From Octopus vulgaris (taxonomy: Eukaryota), in the NCBI GenBank assembly GCA_951406725.2, contig OX597818.1, positions 98,270,001-98,334,000 on the forward strand: 64,000 bases of DNA, written 5' to 3'. Of the stretch, positions 13,051 through 26,480 are shown piece after piece. A program made the position numbers and the translations under genes. Within the stretch, counting starts at the first letter, position 1. Each line of letters begins with the position of its first letter. The notes under the pieces are model-generated. The model ran no database searches. It was not told the DNA's origin and saw nothing but the letters and a program-made list of their open reading frames with translations.

Positions 13051-13939
13051 CGATGTCTGATCAAAAAGAATCGGGACTGGTGCTATAAAAAGAAAACTCA
13101 TCACATGTCAATCCAGCAATTAATCTCATCTCCTTCGAAGTAGTCCTGTTCTGAAGGCACACACTTTACCCAGAGTCGTTTCCATCGATGGAAACATTCC
13201 TGAAACTCATTTTTAGGGGATAGCGAGCTGCAGCCGTCTCGCATTCTCTTGAATTTCCTCGGTGTCTCGAAATCTTATTGTTGTTTGTTTGTTCCTTCTC
13301 GAGCCTTGGCTCAGAGGGCCGGTTTCCCGGTTTCCTTGGCGCATAGGTGCCCCACCTGGACGGGACGCCGGTCTGTCGCAGGTGAGCTGGAGATGCAGGA
13401 GGAAAGAGTGAGAGAAAGTTGTGGCGAAAGAGTCAACAGAAGTTCGCCATTACCTTCTTGCCGGAGCCGTGTGGAACTTAGGTGTTTCGCTCATAAACAG
13501 ACACATCACCCTGTCTGAGATTCGAACCCATGATCCCTCGACCGCGAGTCCGCTGCTCTAACCAATAGGCCATGTGCCTCCACCGAAATCTTATTGGGTG
13601 GGTGGGTCTTCCATTGCAAAGACTGAGCCTTGGTTTCGGGGTCATGGCCATTAGACACACCATTCATCACCTGTTATGACCATTTTCAAGATGTTTTCGA
13701 CTTCCTCGGCACAGTTAGGGAAATCCTACGCTGCTGAAACTGTATCGTCTTTTTGAGACGACCACACTCTACACACTTTACTTTAAAGAACTGCTATAAA
13801 AGATGGAAGTAATTGAGAACGTTATAACTTAGTGTGCATGCGTGATTGTTCAAGGTCAATCTGTGCCAAGCGGCTTCACTCTGCGCACTTTAACACCGTT
13901 GCTATAGCAACATTCCCAGTACTTTTTGATCAGACCTTG
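13051..13939. mobile_element. Mariner-derived non-autonomous element interrupted by a SINE
   Basis: TIRs CGATGTCTGATCAAAAAG / CTTTTTGATCAGACCTTG with TA flanks. Confidence 0.75.
13281..13583 (-). mobile_element. tRNA-derived SINE family D
   Basis: Head GTGGAGGCACATGGCCTATTGG...GGTTCGAATC and (AAAC)n tail. 13-bp TSD CGAAATCTTATTG at 13268-13280 and 13584-13596. Confidence 0.9.
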
Positions 13940-14097
13940 TATGTCTAGTAGATCTAGTGATCACGTAGAAGTATCTTCAATATCTCGTCTTTAGTATAGG
14001 GAATTCTACTAATGGTGAAAGTGGAGATGGATAAGGCTCTGTTAATGTTTATATTCAATAACGGAAGAAATGATTTTCAAATAACAGGGAGATGTTA

Positions 14098-14269
14098 CAG
14101 TATTTACATTATTTACATTCGACGGATATTTGTCCTCATGTTGTTTGTTGTTAACACAACGTTTCGGCTGATATACCCTCCAGCCTTCATCAGGTGTGTG
14201 GGGAGATTTTGAGCCTGGGTTCTTATTCCTATTTTTCGATGCTATTATTACTACTACTACTACTACTAC

Positions 14270-14333
<64 letters not shown>

Positions 14334-14568
14334 GTTGTTGTTGTTGTTGTTGTTGTTGTTCAGGTCACTGCTTGGAATCGAACTCGGAATCTTGGGGTTA
14401 GTAGCCCGCGCTCTTAACCACTACGCCATCTGCCCTGAAGAAGGCTGGAGGGTATATCAGCCGAAACGTTGTGTTAATAATAAACACCACGAGGACAAAT
14501 ATCCGTCGAATGTAAATAATATAAATAATGTAAATAATGTACACATTTCCTCATCTCTTAAATATAGA
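14098..14568 (-). mobile_element. tRNA-headed, hammerhead-tailed element with a 5' inverted terminal copy
   Basis: 12-bp TSD AGGGAGATGTTA (14086-14097, 14569-14580). A box 14418-14428, B box 14374-14385, HHR 14154-14197 (minus strand), and an inverted HHR plus tail copy at 14435-14568. Confidence 0.8.
14154..14197 (-). ncRNA. Minimal type I hammerhead ribozyme motif
   Basis: ACAC-CTGATGA-A-GGCTG(GAGGGTATAT)CAGCC-GAAAC-GTT-GTGT. Stem III is only the palindrome AACGTT. Confidence 0.7.
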
Positions 14569-14991
14569 AGGGAGATGTTAGTTGACGTTATCGACCGTGC
14601 ACTTAACTGGCACTTTTTCATCGACCCAAAAATGTAAGAAACATAAGGATGAGCACGTCGTAATTTGAAACCAGAAAGTAAAGAACCAGAAAAAATATCG
14701 CATTGCATTTTGTTCGACGCTCTAGCGATTCTGCTAGCTCTCAAAAAGTGAGAGTGTTTGGTGGAGAACATTTATTACATGTACTGCATAATTCTTTTTG
14801 TAAGGTAGTGACCAGGGCAGAATCATTTGTATGCAGGGCAAAATGCTTCCAGTTTTTTACAAGCTGGTTTAAAATTTCCTGGGGGTTGTCTTTCATCTTT
14901 TCGGGGTCGATAAAATAAGTACCATGTAAGTACAGGGGTTGATGTCATCCTCTAGTTCCTCCCAACAAAAACGTCAGGCCTTGTGCTTATA

Positions 14992-15486
14992 CAGGGTGGA
15001 CCAAAATGATCTGGCACATTTGGAGGCTTAATAAAAGCACAAAATAAGAAATAATGAAAAGTAAAATTTTATTTTCTGAATGTACATATGCTGCCATTTT
15101 ACTTAAATCAGCTAAATGCTTCCCATCATTGTAAACAGACTGTTGGAGACATTCATGAAAGTTATCGATAACTCTATGGATCATTTCTTCTGGAATGGTT
15201 GTTATTTCTACACAAATTGCACGTTTTAATTCATCAATAGATCGAGGGCGATGATTGAAGACTTTTGATTTTAAATATCCCCACAAAAAGAAATCACATT
15301 TCACCATTCCAGAAGAAATTATCCATAGAGTTATCGATAACTTTCATGAACGTCTCCAACAGTGTGTTGACAATGATGGGAAGCATTTAGCTGATTTAAT
15401 TTTTAAAACTTAATGAAATAAGGTGGCTTCTTGTTTTGTGCTTTTATTAAGCCTCCAAATGTGTCAGTTCATTTTGGTCCACCCTG
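14992..15486. mobile_element. Tc1/mariner-superfamily (maT/DD37D-like) fold-back MITE inserted in a SINE tail
   Basis: TIRs CAGGGTGGACCAAAATGA... with TA flanks. Contains the transposase C-terminal motif CDFFLWGYLKSKV. Confidence 0.8.
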
Positions 15487-15982
15487 TATTAGAAAGAATT
15501 TTATAATTCTTCGTCTAGAACTATACATAAAAGTATTACATTATAATATTCAGGTTGCTATAGTGCAAACATACTCATAGAACATCGTTAAGAGTGACTG
15601 AATTAGACAAGCTTTTAGCTATAATTGTACTATTATTTAATATAGAATTAACCAAATTGAACTTTCGATATTAACATTTGAGAGTAGACTTTTCAGTGCA
15701 AAATGTTTGCAACAAAACATGATACACCGTCTATTGGTATACAATGGTTCCTATGAAACAGCCATATGGATCCATTTCCTTTAAAGTTCTTTCACGAAAT
15801 AAGCCCGAAGTCGAATAAACAAAGTAATTAACACATCATCGGTGGAATGGTAATCTTCATTTGCGGTAATAATATAATTTGATTATACATTAAGGACTTT
15901 ACCATCCCATCGCTGACTCAACGGCTTTATACACACACAAATGTACATACAAATATATATATAAATACATACATCAATATAT

Positions 15983-16024
<42 letters not shown>

Positions 16025-16101
16025 ATAGATAGATATAGATATATATACACATATATGTAAAATAGGTACACGCACGCTAGCACACACATACACACCCACA
16101 T

Positions 16102-16159
<58 letters not shown>

Positions 16160-16313
16160 GCGTGTATATGTAAAACATGCATTACACACATTTTAGGTCA
16201 CTCCCGTATTTAGACAAACGTTTTTGTGTATTGGCTTCTATAATGTCTATGAGTATGTGTGCATGCATGTATCTGTGTGTGTGTGTGTGCGTACGTGTGT
16301 GTGTGTATGTGTG

Positions 16314-16381
<68 letters not shown>

Positions 16382-16840
16382 GTATCCATGCATGTACGTA
16401 CAGTTAGTCTTGTTGTTTGGTACACTGGGAAGATTTAGCAGGTCAGTGACATTGTTCCTATGTCAGTTCAGCGACTGTGACTCAAGAAAATAATAATAAA
16501 AAAAAACAAAGATAAAACAAAGAAGAAGAAGAAAATGAATCTATACTATTACATGATAACTAAGTATTAAAATATGTGTAGGAAGGAACTTGCGGTAAGC
16601 CAATCACATTTTCCCGTCCTTGGCCTCTTGGTGATATATTCGTTTGAAAAACGCTTATCACTGAAAATGAAAAGAGCAAGACTGGCATTCGGTAATCCTA
16701 TCATGCTTCTATTGATTGTAACTCTGGCTTGTACGTGACAATAGTAACTATTTACGGGTGTAGATGCGAAATGGTTGCTATACAAAACTAAGGACACCAT
16801 CATCATCAACATCATTGCCGTTGTCGTCGTCGTTATCATG

Positions 16841-16885
<45 letters not shown>

Positions 16886-16933
16886 ATCGTCATCATCATC
16901 ATCATCATCATTATCATCATCATCATCATCATC

Positions 16934-16984
<51 letters not shown>

Positions 16985-17539
16985 GAGTGAGAGAGCAGTG
17001 CATGCCATCAAAGTGACACTGGGGTAAAATATACGAAGCCCAATATACCCATCATGACTACCCGTCTGATAAAGGTACACCAGGCACATGCATCACAACC
17101 ATATGTGCGCGACATGGTGATCTCATATCAAGATAAACAGCACATGACCTTGCAGGTGGAGCCCAGTTAGAATTTTCTTCAGATCGAGTAACCCATCCCG
17201 CTCAAAAGGTCCCTGAATAAGGGTTGTTTAAGGACGTTGAACGAAACACCCATGTTTCCAGAGGTGAATTATTCAAACCTCAAAGAATCCTTCTCAACAC
17301 ATGGCTATGATGCTCCCCCCACTACATCTGCTCGTGATCAGAGATGCACATATCGTCAGCCACTAAGGGACATGCTCAACTGGTTAAGGTCAAACAACTG
17401 ACAAGCAAAGCTGTGGTATTGAGCAGAATATTTGCTGTAGCCCATCTTTTATACCAAGACAAAACAATGTACATGATAACACTTCCAATCAGTTAAGATC
17501 AGAAGCCATGAGAGCCACTGCCTGGTACTGCATCAGGAC

Positions 17540-17543
<4 letters not shown>
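16985..17543 (-). mobile_element. About 560-bp (AAT)n-embedded non-coding repeat family E
   Basis: Near-identical to 34414-34972 and 35181-35715. Bounded by (ATT)n on both sides. Confidence 0.85.
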
Positions 17544-17612
<69 letters not shown>

Positions 17613-17889
17613 GAGTAAGGTGGCGAGCTGGTCTTATGCCTATAGTCGAAAGGATTATTGAGTAAGGTGGCGAACTGGCAGAATCGTTAGCGGACGAAAT
17701 GCTTAGCGGTATTTCGCCCGTTGCTACGTTCTGAGTTCAAATTCCGCCGAGGTCAACTTTACCTTTCATCCTTTCGGGTCGATAAAATGAGCACCAATTA
17801 AACATTGGGGTCGATGTAATCGACTCATCCGCTCTCTCAGAATTGCTGCCCTTGTGGCAAAATTTGAAACCGTTATTATTAATATTATT

Positions 17890-18375
17890 GAGTGAGAGAG
17901 CAGTGCGTGCCATCAAAGTGACACCGGAGTAAATCATACGAAATCCAGTATACCCATAATGACTACCCGTCTTATAAGGGTATACCAGGCACAGGCATCA
18001 CAACCATATGTGAGCAACATGGTGATCTCATACCAAGATAAACAACGCATGACCCTGTAGGTGGGGCCTAATTAGAATTTTCTTCAGGTCGAGTAGCCCA
18101 TTCCGCTCAAAAGGTCCTGAATAAGGTTTGTTTAAGGATGTTGAACGCAACACTTATGCTTCCATAGGTGAATTATTCAAACCCCAAAGAATTCCTCTCA
18201 ACACATGGCTATGATGCTCACCCACTATTTCTGCCCGTTATCAGAGATGCACTTTTCATCAGCCACCAAGGGACATGCTCAACTGGTTAAGATCGAACAA
18301 CTGACAAGGTCAAACAATCTGTAGTATTGAGCAGAATATTTGCTGTAGCCCATATTTTATACCAAGACAAAACAT
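17890..18375 (-). mobile_element. Family E, diverged and truncated copy
   Basis: Begins GAGTGAGAGAGCAGTG after an ATT run and is collinear with 16985-17470. Confidence 0.8.
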
Positions 18376-18575
18376 AAGGAGGCGGCAAACTGGCAGCATC
18401 GTTTGAGCGTCAGAATAAAAAATGTTTCGCCGAAGTCAACGTTTCTTTTCACCCATCCGGAATCGAGTACTGAGGAAAATGGCGAGATTCAGGATCGCTA
18501 GCATAACGTACAAAATTCACCCCCACCTCTCTCTCTCCCTCTCTTTCTCTCTCTATCTCTATCTATCTATCTTTC

Positions 18576-18625
<50 letters not shown>

Positions 18626-18632
18626 ACTAATT

Positions 18633-18946
18633 TCTGTTTCATCTGCTCCGCATTTCGAAGGTAAAGGCGAGACACGATTTAGTTGAAACAGTCCTTCCCG
18701 TGTTCAAAATATTTTTTTCATTCGTTCAGGCTTAACAACCCTTAAAATTTGTGTTACTGTTATTCTCCTTGCCCTGTCTTTTACTGTTTGTATTTGTATT
18801 GTTTTTACTGTCCTGTTTTTGTTACCACTTTTACCCCTCCACAAAAAAAATCTCAAATTTTATTTAATTTAATTTTTGCGGGAAGGATTGTTTCAACGAA
18901 GTCGTGTCTCGCCTTTACCTTCGAGACGCGGAGTAGATGAAACAGA
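18633..18946. repeat. Inverted repeat (69-bp arms) inside a (TA)n-flanked element
   Basis: 18633-18701 pairs with 18878-18946. Confidence 0.7.
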
Positions 18947-19158
18947 GGCGGCTGAAGAAGGGGAATTTTCCTTGTGTTGTATGTCTTGTACTCCATTTTT
19001 TCGTTGTTTAAGAAAAATGTCCATTTCCTTGGTTTTGTGTCTGTTTTATTTTCTCAATGTGTTCGACGTTAATTTTTGGTGTCCTATACCCATATATGCA
19101 TGTATATATACATATAGATGTATGTATATACATGCATATGTTTTATTTATTATTTTGC

Positions 19159-19198
<40 letters not shown>

Positions 19199-19268
19199 AA
19201 AAATTCAGGGTGAATACTTGATAGTTGTAAGCACCTGTATATACCATTTAGTGGTGTAGGTGATACAG

Positions 19269-19752
19269 TATATTAATCAAAATAAAAACATGATTCAAAG
19301 GATTTAGCGGTACATATGTTTCGGGCCTTTATTAGACGGTTTTATAACAATGCATAATTGATGTAAATGTGTGTCTATGGCCTTCTTCAGCCGCGTACAA
19401 TTACTACTTCAAGGACATATATTACATTATAAGTTTTACGTTGAGGATGCAAATCCTCATAGTCACGTACGACAGAGTGGGGCACCAACACGAAATCGAA
19501 GTCAAAAGCGGGATGGACGCTTCGATTTCGTGTTGGTGCCCCACTCTGTCGTACGTGGCTATGAGGATTTGCATCCCCAACGTAAAACTTATAATGTAAT
19601 ATATGTCCTTGAAGTAGTAATTGTACGCGGCTGAAGAAGGCCATAGACACACATTTACATCAATTATGCATTGTTATAAAACCGTCTAATAAAGGCCCGA
19701 AACATATGTACCGCTAAATCCTTTGAATCATGTTTTTATTTTGATTAATATA
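19269..19752. mobile_element. Near-perfect palindrome (about 233-bp arms, 18-nt loop) with an HHR on each strand
   Basis: Arms 19269-19501 and 19520-19752 differ at only about 2 positions. (TA)n lies at the right end and just upstream. Confidence 0.85.
19627..19714 (+). ncRNA. Type I hammerhead ribozyme motif with long loop II
   Basis: GCGG-CTGAAGA-A-GGCC...GGCC-C-GAAAC-ATAT-GTA-CCGC. An identical antisense copy lies at 19307-19394. Confidence 0.75.
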
Positions 19753-19899
19753 TATATATATATATACTCTGGTCTGCCCGATGTTGTAATAAAAGGTGCC
19801 ATGCAGTGGGACAGAACACCGAACTACGCCTAATCGATAGAAGCTTTATCATTGAAAGATCTTGTCTGTCATTAGTTTGCTAGAACAGGCGTCATTAAC

Positions 19900-20223
19900 T
19901 ATTTTTTTCTTTACTTTCATCTGCTACTTTGATTTAAGTGGAAAATCCAAACGCACTTCAAACTAAGATTATTTTGTGTTTTTGTGGACGTTCGTTATGT
20001 CCTTGTAATTGAATGCCTTCATTTGTGTCTTTTGGTGCACACGGATGTGATGTATTAAGTATTTTCTGTTTAAGTGTCAAAATCAAAGCCATTTTATTTG
20101 TGACAGTCTATTCTAGATACCGAAATTTGATACAGAGCTTTTTACAAAATCAGCCTTAAATTTCTCGGCGTCTTCAGGTGTATCCATTACGAGAAGTATA
20201 TCGTCCATATAACTAGAGCATAT

Positions 20224-20300
<77 letters not shown>

Positions 20301-20485
20301 CGGTGTCATTACATACTGTGGTCATGTTGAAAGTTGAAAATATGGGTCCTAAGAGAAGATTCTTGGTTAGTCCGCAAAGCAAATCCTATAAGCAGTGGGT
20401 GGAGTAGCCTTAGGTTTTCCCATAGCGCCTATGTTTGCTACATTCTACGGGATCACGATACAAAATAGTGATGCCAAATATAAAT
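19900..20485 (-). pseudogene. Heavily decayed Penelope-like reverse transcriptase fragment
   Basis: GLTKNLLLGPIFSTFNM resembles motif GxxMGSPLGPxxANFYM and is followed by SYMDDILL. Interrupted by (CA)n(CT)n. Confidence 0.5.
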
Positions 20486-20637
20486 GTATCAATCTCTGTC
20501 TCTGTCCCCTTCCTTTTCTCTCTCTCTCTCTCTCTTTCTCTTGCCTTATTTACTATGCATAGAAACACTCACGTAGACAGAAGACACACATACGATCATA
20601 AATATACATACAGAGACATACATACACACACACACAC

Positions 20638-20696
<59 letters not shown>

Positions 20697-20709
20697 AATA
20701 TATATATAT

Positions 20710-20890
20710 GTGAACAGGTCGCGGATTTTAGCGACGAAAATATTTTGACAAATTAAACTTAAATGTTGAAGTGAATCGAACGGCTTTTGTGTGTTTCTTA
20801 AATGGCTTATAAACACCCTCCACGCTGCAATTGTTTTCGTTTCAGCACACGATCTCAGATCAAATTACTTGCTATGCGAGTACATCTCCG

Positions 20891-20892
<2 letters not shown>
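20710..20892 (+). mobile_element. Truncated copy of the G3:C8 HHR element (see 49776-50108), between (TA)n tracts
   Basis: Collinear with 49928-50108. Starts exactly at the GTGAACA core. Confidence 0.8.
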
Positions 20893-20931
<39 letters not shown>

Positions 20932-22189
20932 CAATTATATATTGTGTCATTTCGTTCAGTCTATTAACATACATGCATATGAGTGTGTGCGCATGCGCAT
21001 GTACGAGTGGGTACGTGTGTGTGTGTGTGAGAAAGAGAGAGGGGGGTAGAGAAAGATAGGGAGATAGTGTATGTATGCGTGTGTGTATGTGTGTTACGTG
21101 GCGGATATAAGGGGTACAACTAAGGACACCGTTTTCAACAAAAATACTGTCACAGACGCTCGAATGCAGCGAGCACATGCACGCACACACATACACATAC
21201 GCACACACACACTCACATACACTCAGACACACATATACATACGCACACACACTCACACACGAACTCATACACGTACACACACAGTCTCTCCCCCAAACAC
21301 ACATACATGCATGTGCACAGACACTTACTTTTCCTCGCGAGCATGTTTCCCATAACCGCGATCCTCAGGCGGGAAATACGAGTCACTAAGAAAATAATAT
21401 TATTTAAATAAATAATTCATTAAAAAACATGTATTTAGTGCTCCCTTAGAGAGAGAGGGGAAGAGAGAGAGAGACAGACAGAGAGACAGACAGACAGAGT
21501 AAGAGAGAGAAAGAAAGGGAGAAAGAGAGAAAAAGAGAGTGAGAGAGATAAGCCTACATGCAGGCACGTCTATGTATATGTGCGCGTGACTGTGCTTGTG
21601 TGTGTATACAGACACAGACACACACATACACACACGTTTTACATCCAAATTTCATTCGTAAAGCATTGGTCAACCCAGATTTAGAATAGGTAATCAATTG
21701 GCCGGCCTAGTGCGCACCAGGATAGAACCTACAAACAGGTGGTTATAAATCCCAACGTATTAACCGCACGGCCTTGCCTACACATATATTTGTTTAGAAT
21801 CAACAAAAGCCGTGAAGCAATATACATATAATGCTGTAAACAGAAGCATCCAGAATTGATATAAATTCGCTCAGTGGTTAATTGAAATAAATACGTATAT
21901 ATATATACATACACACAGAGGTACACACCCATATTCGCATGTGCGCATACTCGCGCACATACGGTGACGCGCAATTTGGAAGTTTAATGACATAGAAATG
22001 TACACAAACTTCATTACGTCACTATGAATAGAGTTGTGCGTGTATGTGTGTGCATATATGCATGAATGTGTACTTTTATCTGTATATTTGTATTCGTATG
22101 ACTATATATGTTCTATTAAAACGTGTATATATAGACGGTAGTCAATATGTATGTGGGTGTTTGTGAGTGTGTAGGTACGTAGATAAACA

Positions 22190-22382
22190 CGCGCAGAGTG
22201 TCTGTGTAGTAAGTAGCTTGCATACGAACCACATGTTTCCGGGTTCAGTCCCACTGCGTGGCTCCTTGGGCAAGTGCCTTCTACTATAGCCTCAGGCCGA
22301 CCAAAGCCTTGTGAGTGGATTTGGTAGACGGAAACTGAAAGAAGCCCGTCGTATATATGTATATATATATATATATATACAC

Positions 22383-22418
<36 letters not shown>

Positions 22419-22633
22419 ATGTATGTTTGTGTGTCTGTGTTTGTCCGCAACATCGCTTGACAACCGATGCTGGTGTGTTTACGTCCCCGTAACTTAGCAG
22501 TTCGGCAAAAGAGACCGTTAGAGTAAGTACTAGGCTTACAAAGAATAAGTCCTGGGGTCGATTTGCTCAACTAAAGGCGGTGCTCCAGCATGGCCACAGT
22601 CAAATGACTGAAACAAGTAAAAGAGTAAAGAGT
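22190..22633 (+). mobile_element. SINE family A
   Basis: Matches the family A consensus. Confidence 0.85.
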
Positions 22634-22913
22634 ACACACACACACAAACATACACACACACACTGTAGTATCATAAACACACATCTTTTACGCATTAAAT
22701 CACATAAACTTCCGTTGAATTGTATACACAAGTTGGTTTCGTGTTTCGCTTGCAGCCATTTCACCTTATGCTGCTAATAAACACTGATGATACTATCAGT
22801 CTCTGACCGAGCCCCTAATTTCAAAAGCATTCATGAATATTACTCTGTTGCTGTTTAACTCAAGGGAAGATTGGTCGAGCGGACTCATGATTTAAGTCAT
22901 TCCAACTATTATA

Positions 22914-23463
22914 TTGGGTTGTTCGGAAAGTTCGTGCCGATTTTTAAAGGTAAGAAAGTGGTCAACAAATACTTGCCATTACATTTTTAATCAACCAAAT
23001 ATGAACCATTTTGTTGCACAATGCGTCTCCATCTTTCCTTTAGCTTGAAAATACCCTCTTCCCAGAATTGAGGTGGTTTCATAGCAAAGAATTCATCAAG
23101 GTATCTTTTTACGTTATCCAAGGAATTGAAATTTTTACCATTAAGACTATTTTGCAGAGACCTGAATAAGTGAAAATCCGAAGGAGCAATATCTGGTGAA
23201 TACGGAGGGTGGGGTAACACATCCCAGCCGAGCTACAGCAATTTTTGTCTGGTTCGCAAAGCATCAAGTGCCGAAAATGAACTTTCTTATCTTCTATTTT
23301 AAAGGGTTACAGAATTAACACAGGTTATAGGAGCGAAAAGATAGCTTAAACTGTGCTCTAAATGGAGGTGTAGTCAAATCCTATTTTATGGACTCAATCA
23401 TGTTCTAAAATAAGTCGAAAGATAAGCTACTATAAATCGGCACGAACTTTCCGAACAACCCAA
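22914..23463 (-). mobile_element. Non-autonomous mariner deletion derivative, copy 3
   Basis: TIRs TTGGGTTGTTCGGAAAG / CTTTCCGAACAACCCAA. Same internal junction as copies 1 and 2. Confidence 0.9.
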
Positions 23464-25493
23464 TTTTCATCATTTGTTAAAGACAACGTATTATATTGGA
23501 CGATATTATCTCATCATTAAAAAGCAACAAGCTGGCTGAATCTTTTGCACGCTGGACGAAATGCTTAGCGGGTTTTGGCTCGTCGCTACATTCTGTGTTC
23601 AAATTCTTCCGAGGTCAACTTTGCCTTTCATCCTTTTGGGGTCAATAAATTAAGTACCAGTCATGCACTTGGGTTGATGTAATCGACTTAGCCCCTCCCC
23701 ACAGATTTTAGGTCCTATGCCTATAGTTGACAAGATTATCTTATCATTAGGTTCTAATTAGAAAGTAATATCCTCTTCAGCTGTCGACGTTGGCAGAAAT
23801 CATCTCTGGTAGGTTCACATGTTGCTACAAAGCCTACTCTTGGTCTACAACATCGATGACATCTGCTGCACGTGAAGCTACTTGACACAACGGAGATGAC
23901 TATTGCTGCAGGTGAAGCTGCTCGACGCTTCTCACATACTCTACTGCCCTCCATTTTGTAAACATGTCCTGCCTAGTGCAGCTGCGATGAGATAATGAAG
24001 GCTTCCACACTAACTGCGGTAGTGCGGTGCAGGACCTGTACATCAGGAATGTGATCCTGTTATCTAATATGCAAGATGGAGTGCAGTTGGACTCGCATCA
24101 TAGCTTTGGTTTGCCCGCGATAGTGGGCCATGCATTCCATGGCACAGAGGAGGCAAGGAAGCACTGTAACACTTTACACCTTTATCTTCAGTGGTAGACC
24201 ATAAAAGGGAGAGTAAGTCGCCCTTTCCATGCGTAATATATAGTATAGAAAATATATATAATTTATAATTCATTATGTATGACACGCTAAAATAGTAATC
24301 TGTGTATTATACTTAAAGTAGATATATCATTGAAAGCCTAATAAACTGCAGTATTCGTCTTGAGGAAGCATCTATTATAGACGTGTAGTGTTAAAAACGC
24401 AAAAATATATCAGTAGTAGTGGAACATCATCCAGCAGCAATGGAACATTGTTAAATGCACATTTCTGCTTCTTTGGATTTCATCAGTAGGACGTATCCAG
24501 TGGTAACCGCATGTTAAGACAAAAATCAACCATTACTGATTTAGTAAATGAGGCTTTCAATGATCTGATTTAAGCATGATACACAAGTTGCTGTTTTGAA
24601 CTTAAACTCCTTCTATTGCGCCTAACAAATTGCTATTCAGCATGCCGTCTAATTACAATATCAGTGATTTTCAGTCACTGTTTAACTACTTCTGTAACGG
24701 CTGTTGTACTTGCTGCTTAACCTCCGAGTCAATCTTTATTCTGCAGACTTATGATCAAATCATGAACGATTTTGCCGTTTTTGTGCATCTACAACTACAT
24801 GCATTCACAATATGTCTTCCTTTTTATGTCGGTAAAATGTGATATGAGGGAATTTAGTTTCTAGCTTTTGCAATTCGAGTAGTAACCGGCATTTAAAGAC
24901 GCTATGTTAAATCTTTTCTGCTATAAGCACAAAGCCTGAAGTTTTGAGGGATGGAAATAGCCGATTGCGTCGACCTGAGTGCTCAAATGGCAATGATTCT
25001 ATCGCCACCGAAACTAGACCGCGGCGGAAACTGAGCACATTGCGTAAAGACGGACGTAATACTGCTTAACATTTTGTCAAGCGTGCATTTTGTCTGTCAG
25101 TTCACTGCCTTAAAAGAAGGAATGATAAGAGCAGTAAGTTTATATAATCGGTGATGTTCTTTTCTGTATTTTTTAAAAAAATTTTCTGGCGTTTAATTTC
25201 GGTATTTCAATACTCAGGATATGTCTGTGTATTCTAAACTTACCCACGCACTACAAAGCCAAACCTATTGAAATTTGCGTTGATTAAAACGTATTTTCAG
25301 TACTACCCACTTTGCACTGATTACGGATGCTGGTTTTCCCAATATTCTTTAAGATATCACAGATGGCACCCAGTCAGATGGCACCCAGTCTTGTCACGTC
25401 CATGGTGTTTAACTCAGTGTAGCTACACGTACACACACACAAACACACGCGCGCGCGCGATTAAGTCTACATTGTTTTTGTCTATCTCCTTTC

Positions 25494-25526
<33 letters not shown>

Positions 25527-25569
25527 TTATCTATCTATTTATCTGTTTATCTATCAATCTGTCTGTATG

Positions 25570-25600
<31 letters not shown>

Positions 25601-26251
25601 CTCCTCGGCTCTTTTTTGTCCCATTTTTCTTACATGCATTACACACACATACATACACAAACACACATATGCATACATACACAGACACCTATACACAAAC
25701 GTGCTCCTACACACATAACTTTTCTTTGCGTCTCTTTCTTCCTCCCCCCCTCTCTCTCTCTCTCTTTATCTCTCTTTCTCTCCCTGACTCGTTTCTGTGT
25801 TTTTCACTGTCCACTCTTTTATCCACCATTTCTGTGATGTAATATAAACACCATTCTGTCTCCACAATCTCTGCTCTTATATTTATATACAAAGTGAATT
25901 TTCTTTATTTTTCACATCGTTACAACTTTTTAAATATATTTTAATACTGTGGTTAGCTACATACATACATACATACATACATACATACATACATACATAC
26001 ATACATACATACATACATACATACATACATACATACGAATATTACAATCTCAGATTACAAATTTCCCGCTGGAAACTTTAATAATACATGGCGCTCTAGT
26101 TATACAGTAAGACATAATAGTTTAGGCCAGCATACCTTTGATCATAGAAATCGAAGTCAATCTGATCTGGATGTAAACCATGAAGTCGAATATTAAGCTC
26201 CATTCAACTTAGACTTTCGTAGACTCATAGAACGAACTTAACTCATCGGAC

Positions 26252-26431
<180 letters not shown>

Positions 26432-26445
26432 GTCTATCTATTTAT

Positions 26446-26480
<35 letters not shown>

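Noticed and set aside
14361-14435. Genuine tRNA gene (ACT anticodon loop)
   Set aside because: The acceptor and anticodon stems are imperfect and it lies inside a TSD-flanked element, so it is treated as a SINE-type head.
17500-17543. Hammerhead at the family E end (CCTGATGCAG on the minus strand)
   Set aside because: There is no valid 3:8 pair and no matching GAAA or stem I arrangement.
19369-19652. Mirror-image ORF pairs on both strands
   Set aside because: They are a consequence of the palindrome.
23755-24240. Complex sequence that might be an exon or helicase remnant
   Set aside because: No recognisable motif or consistent reading frame.
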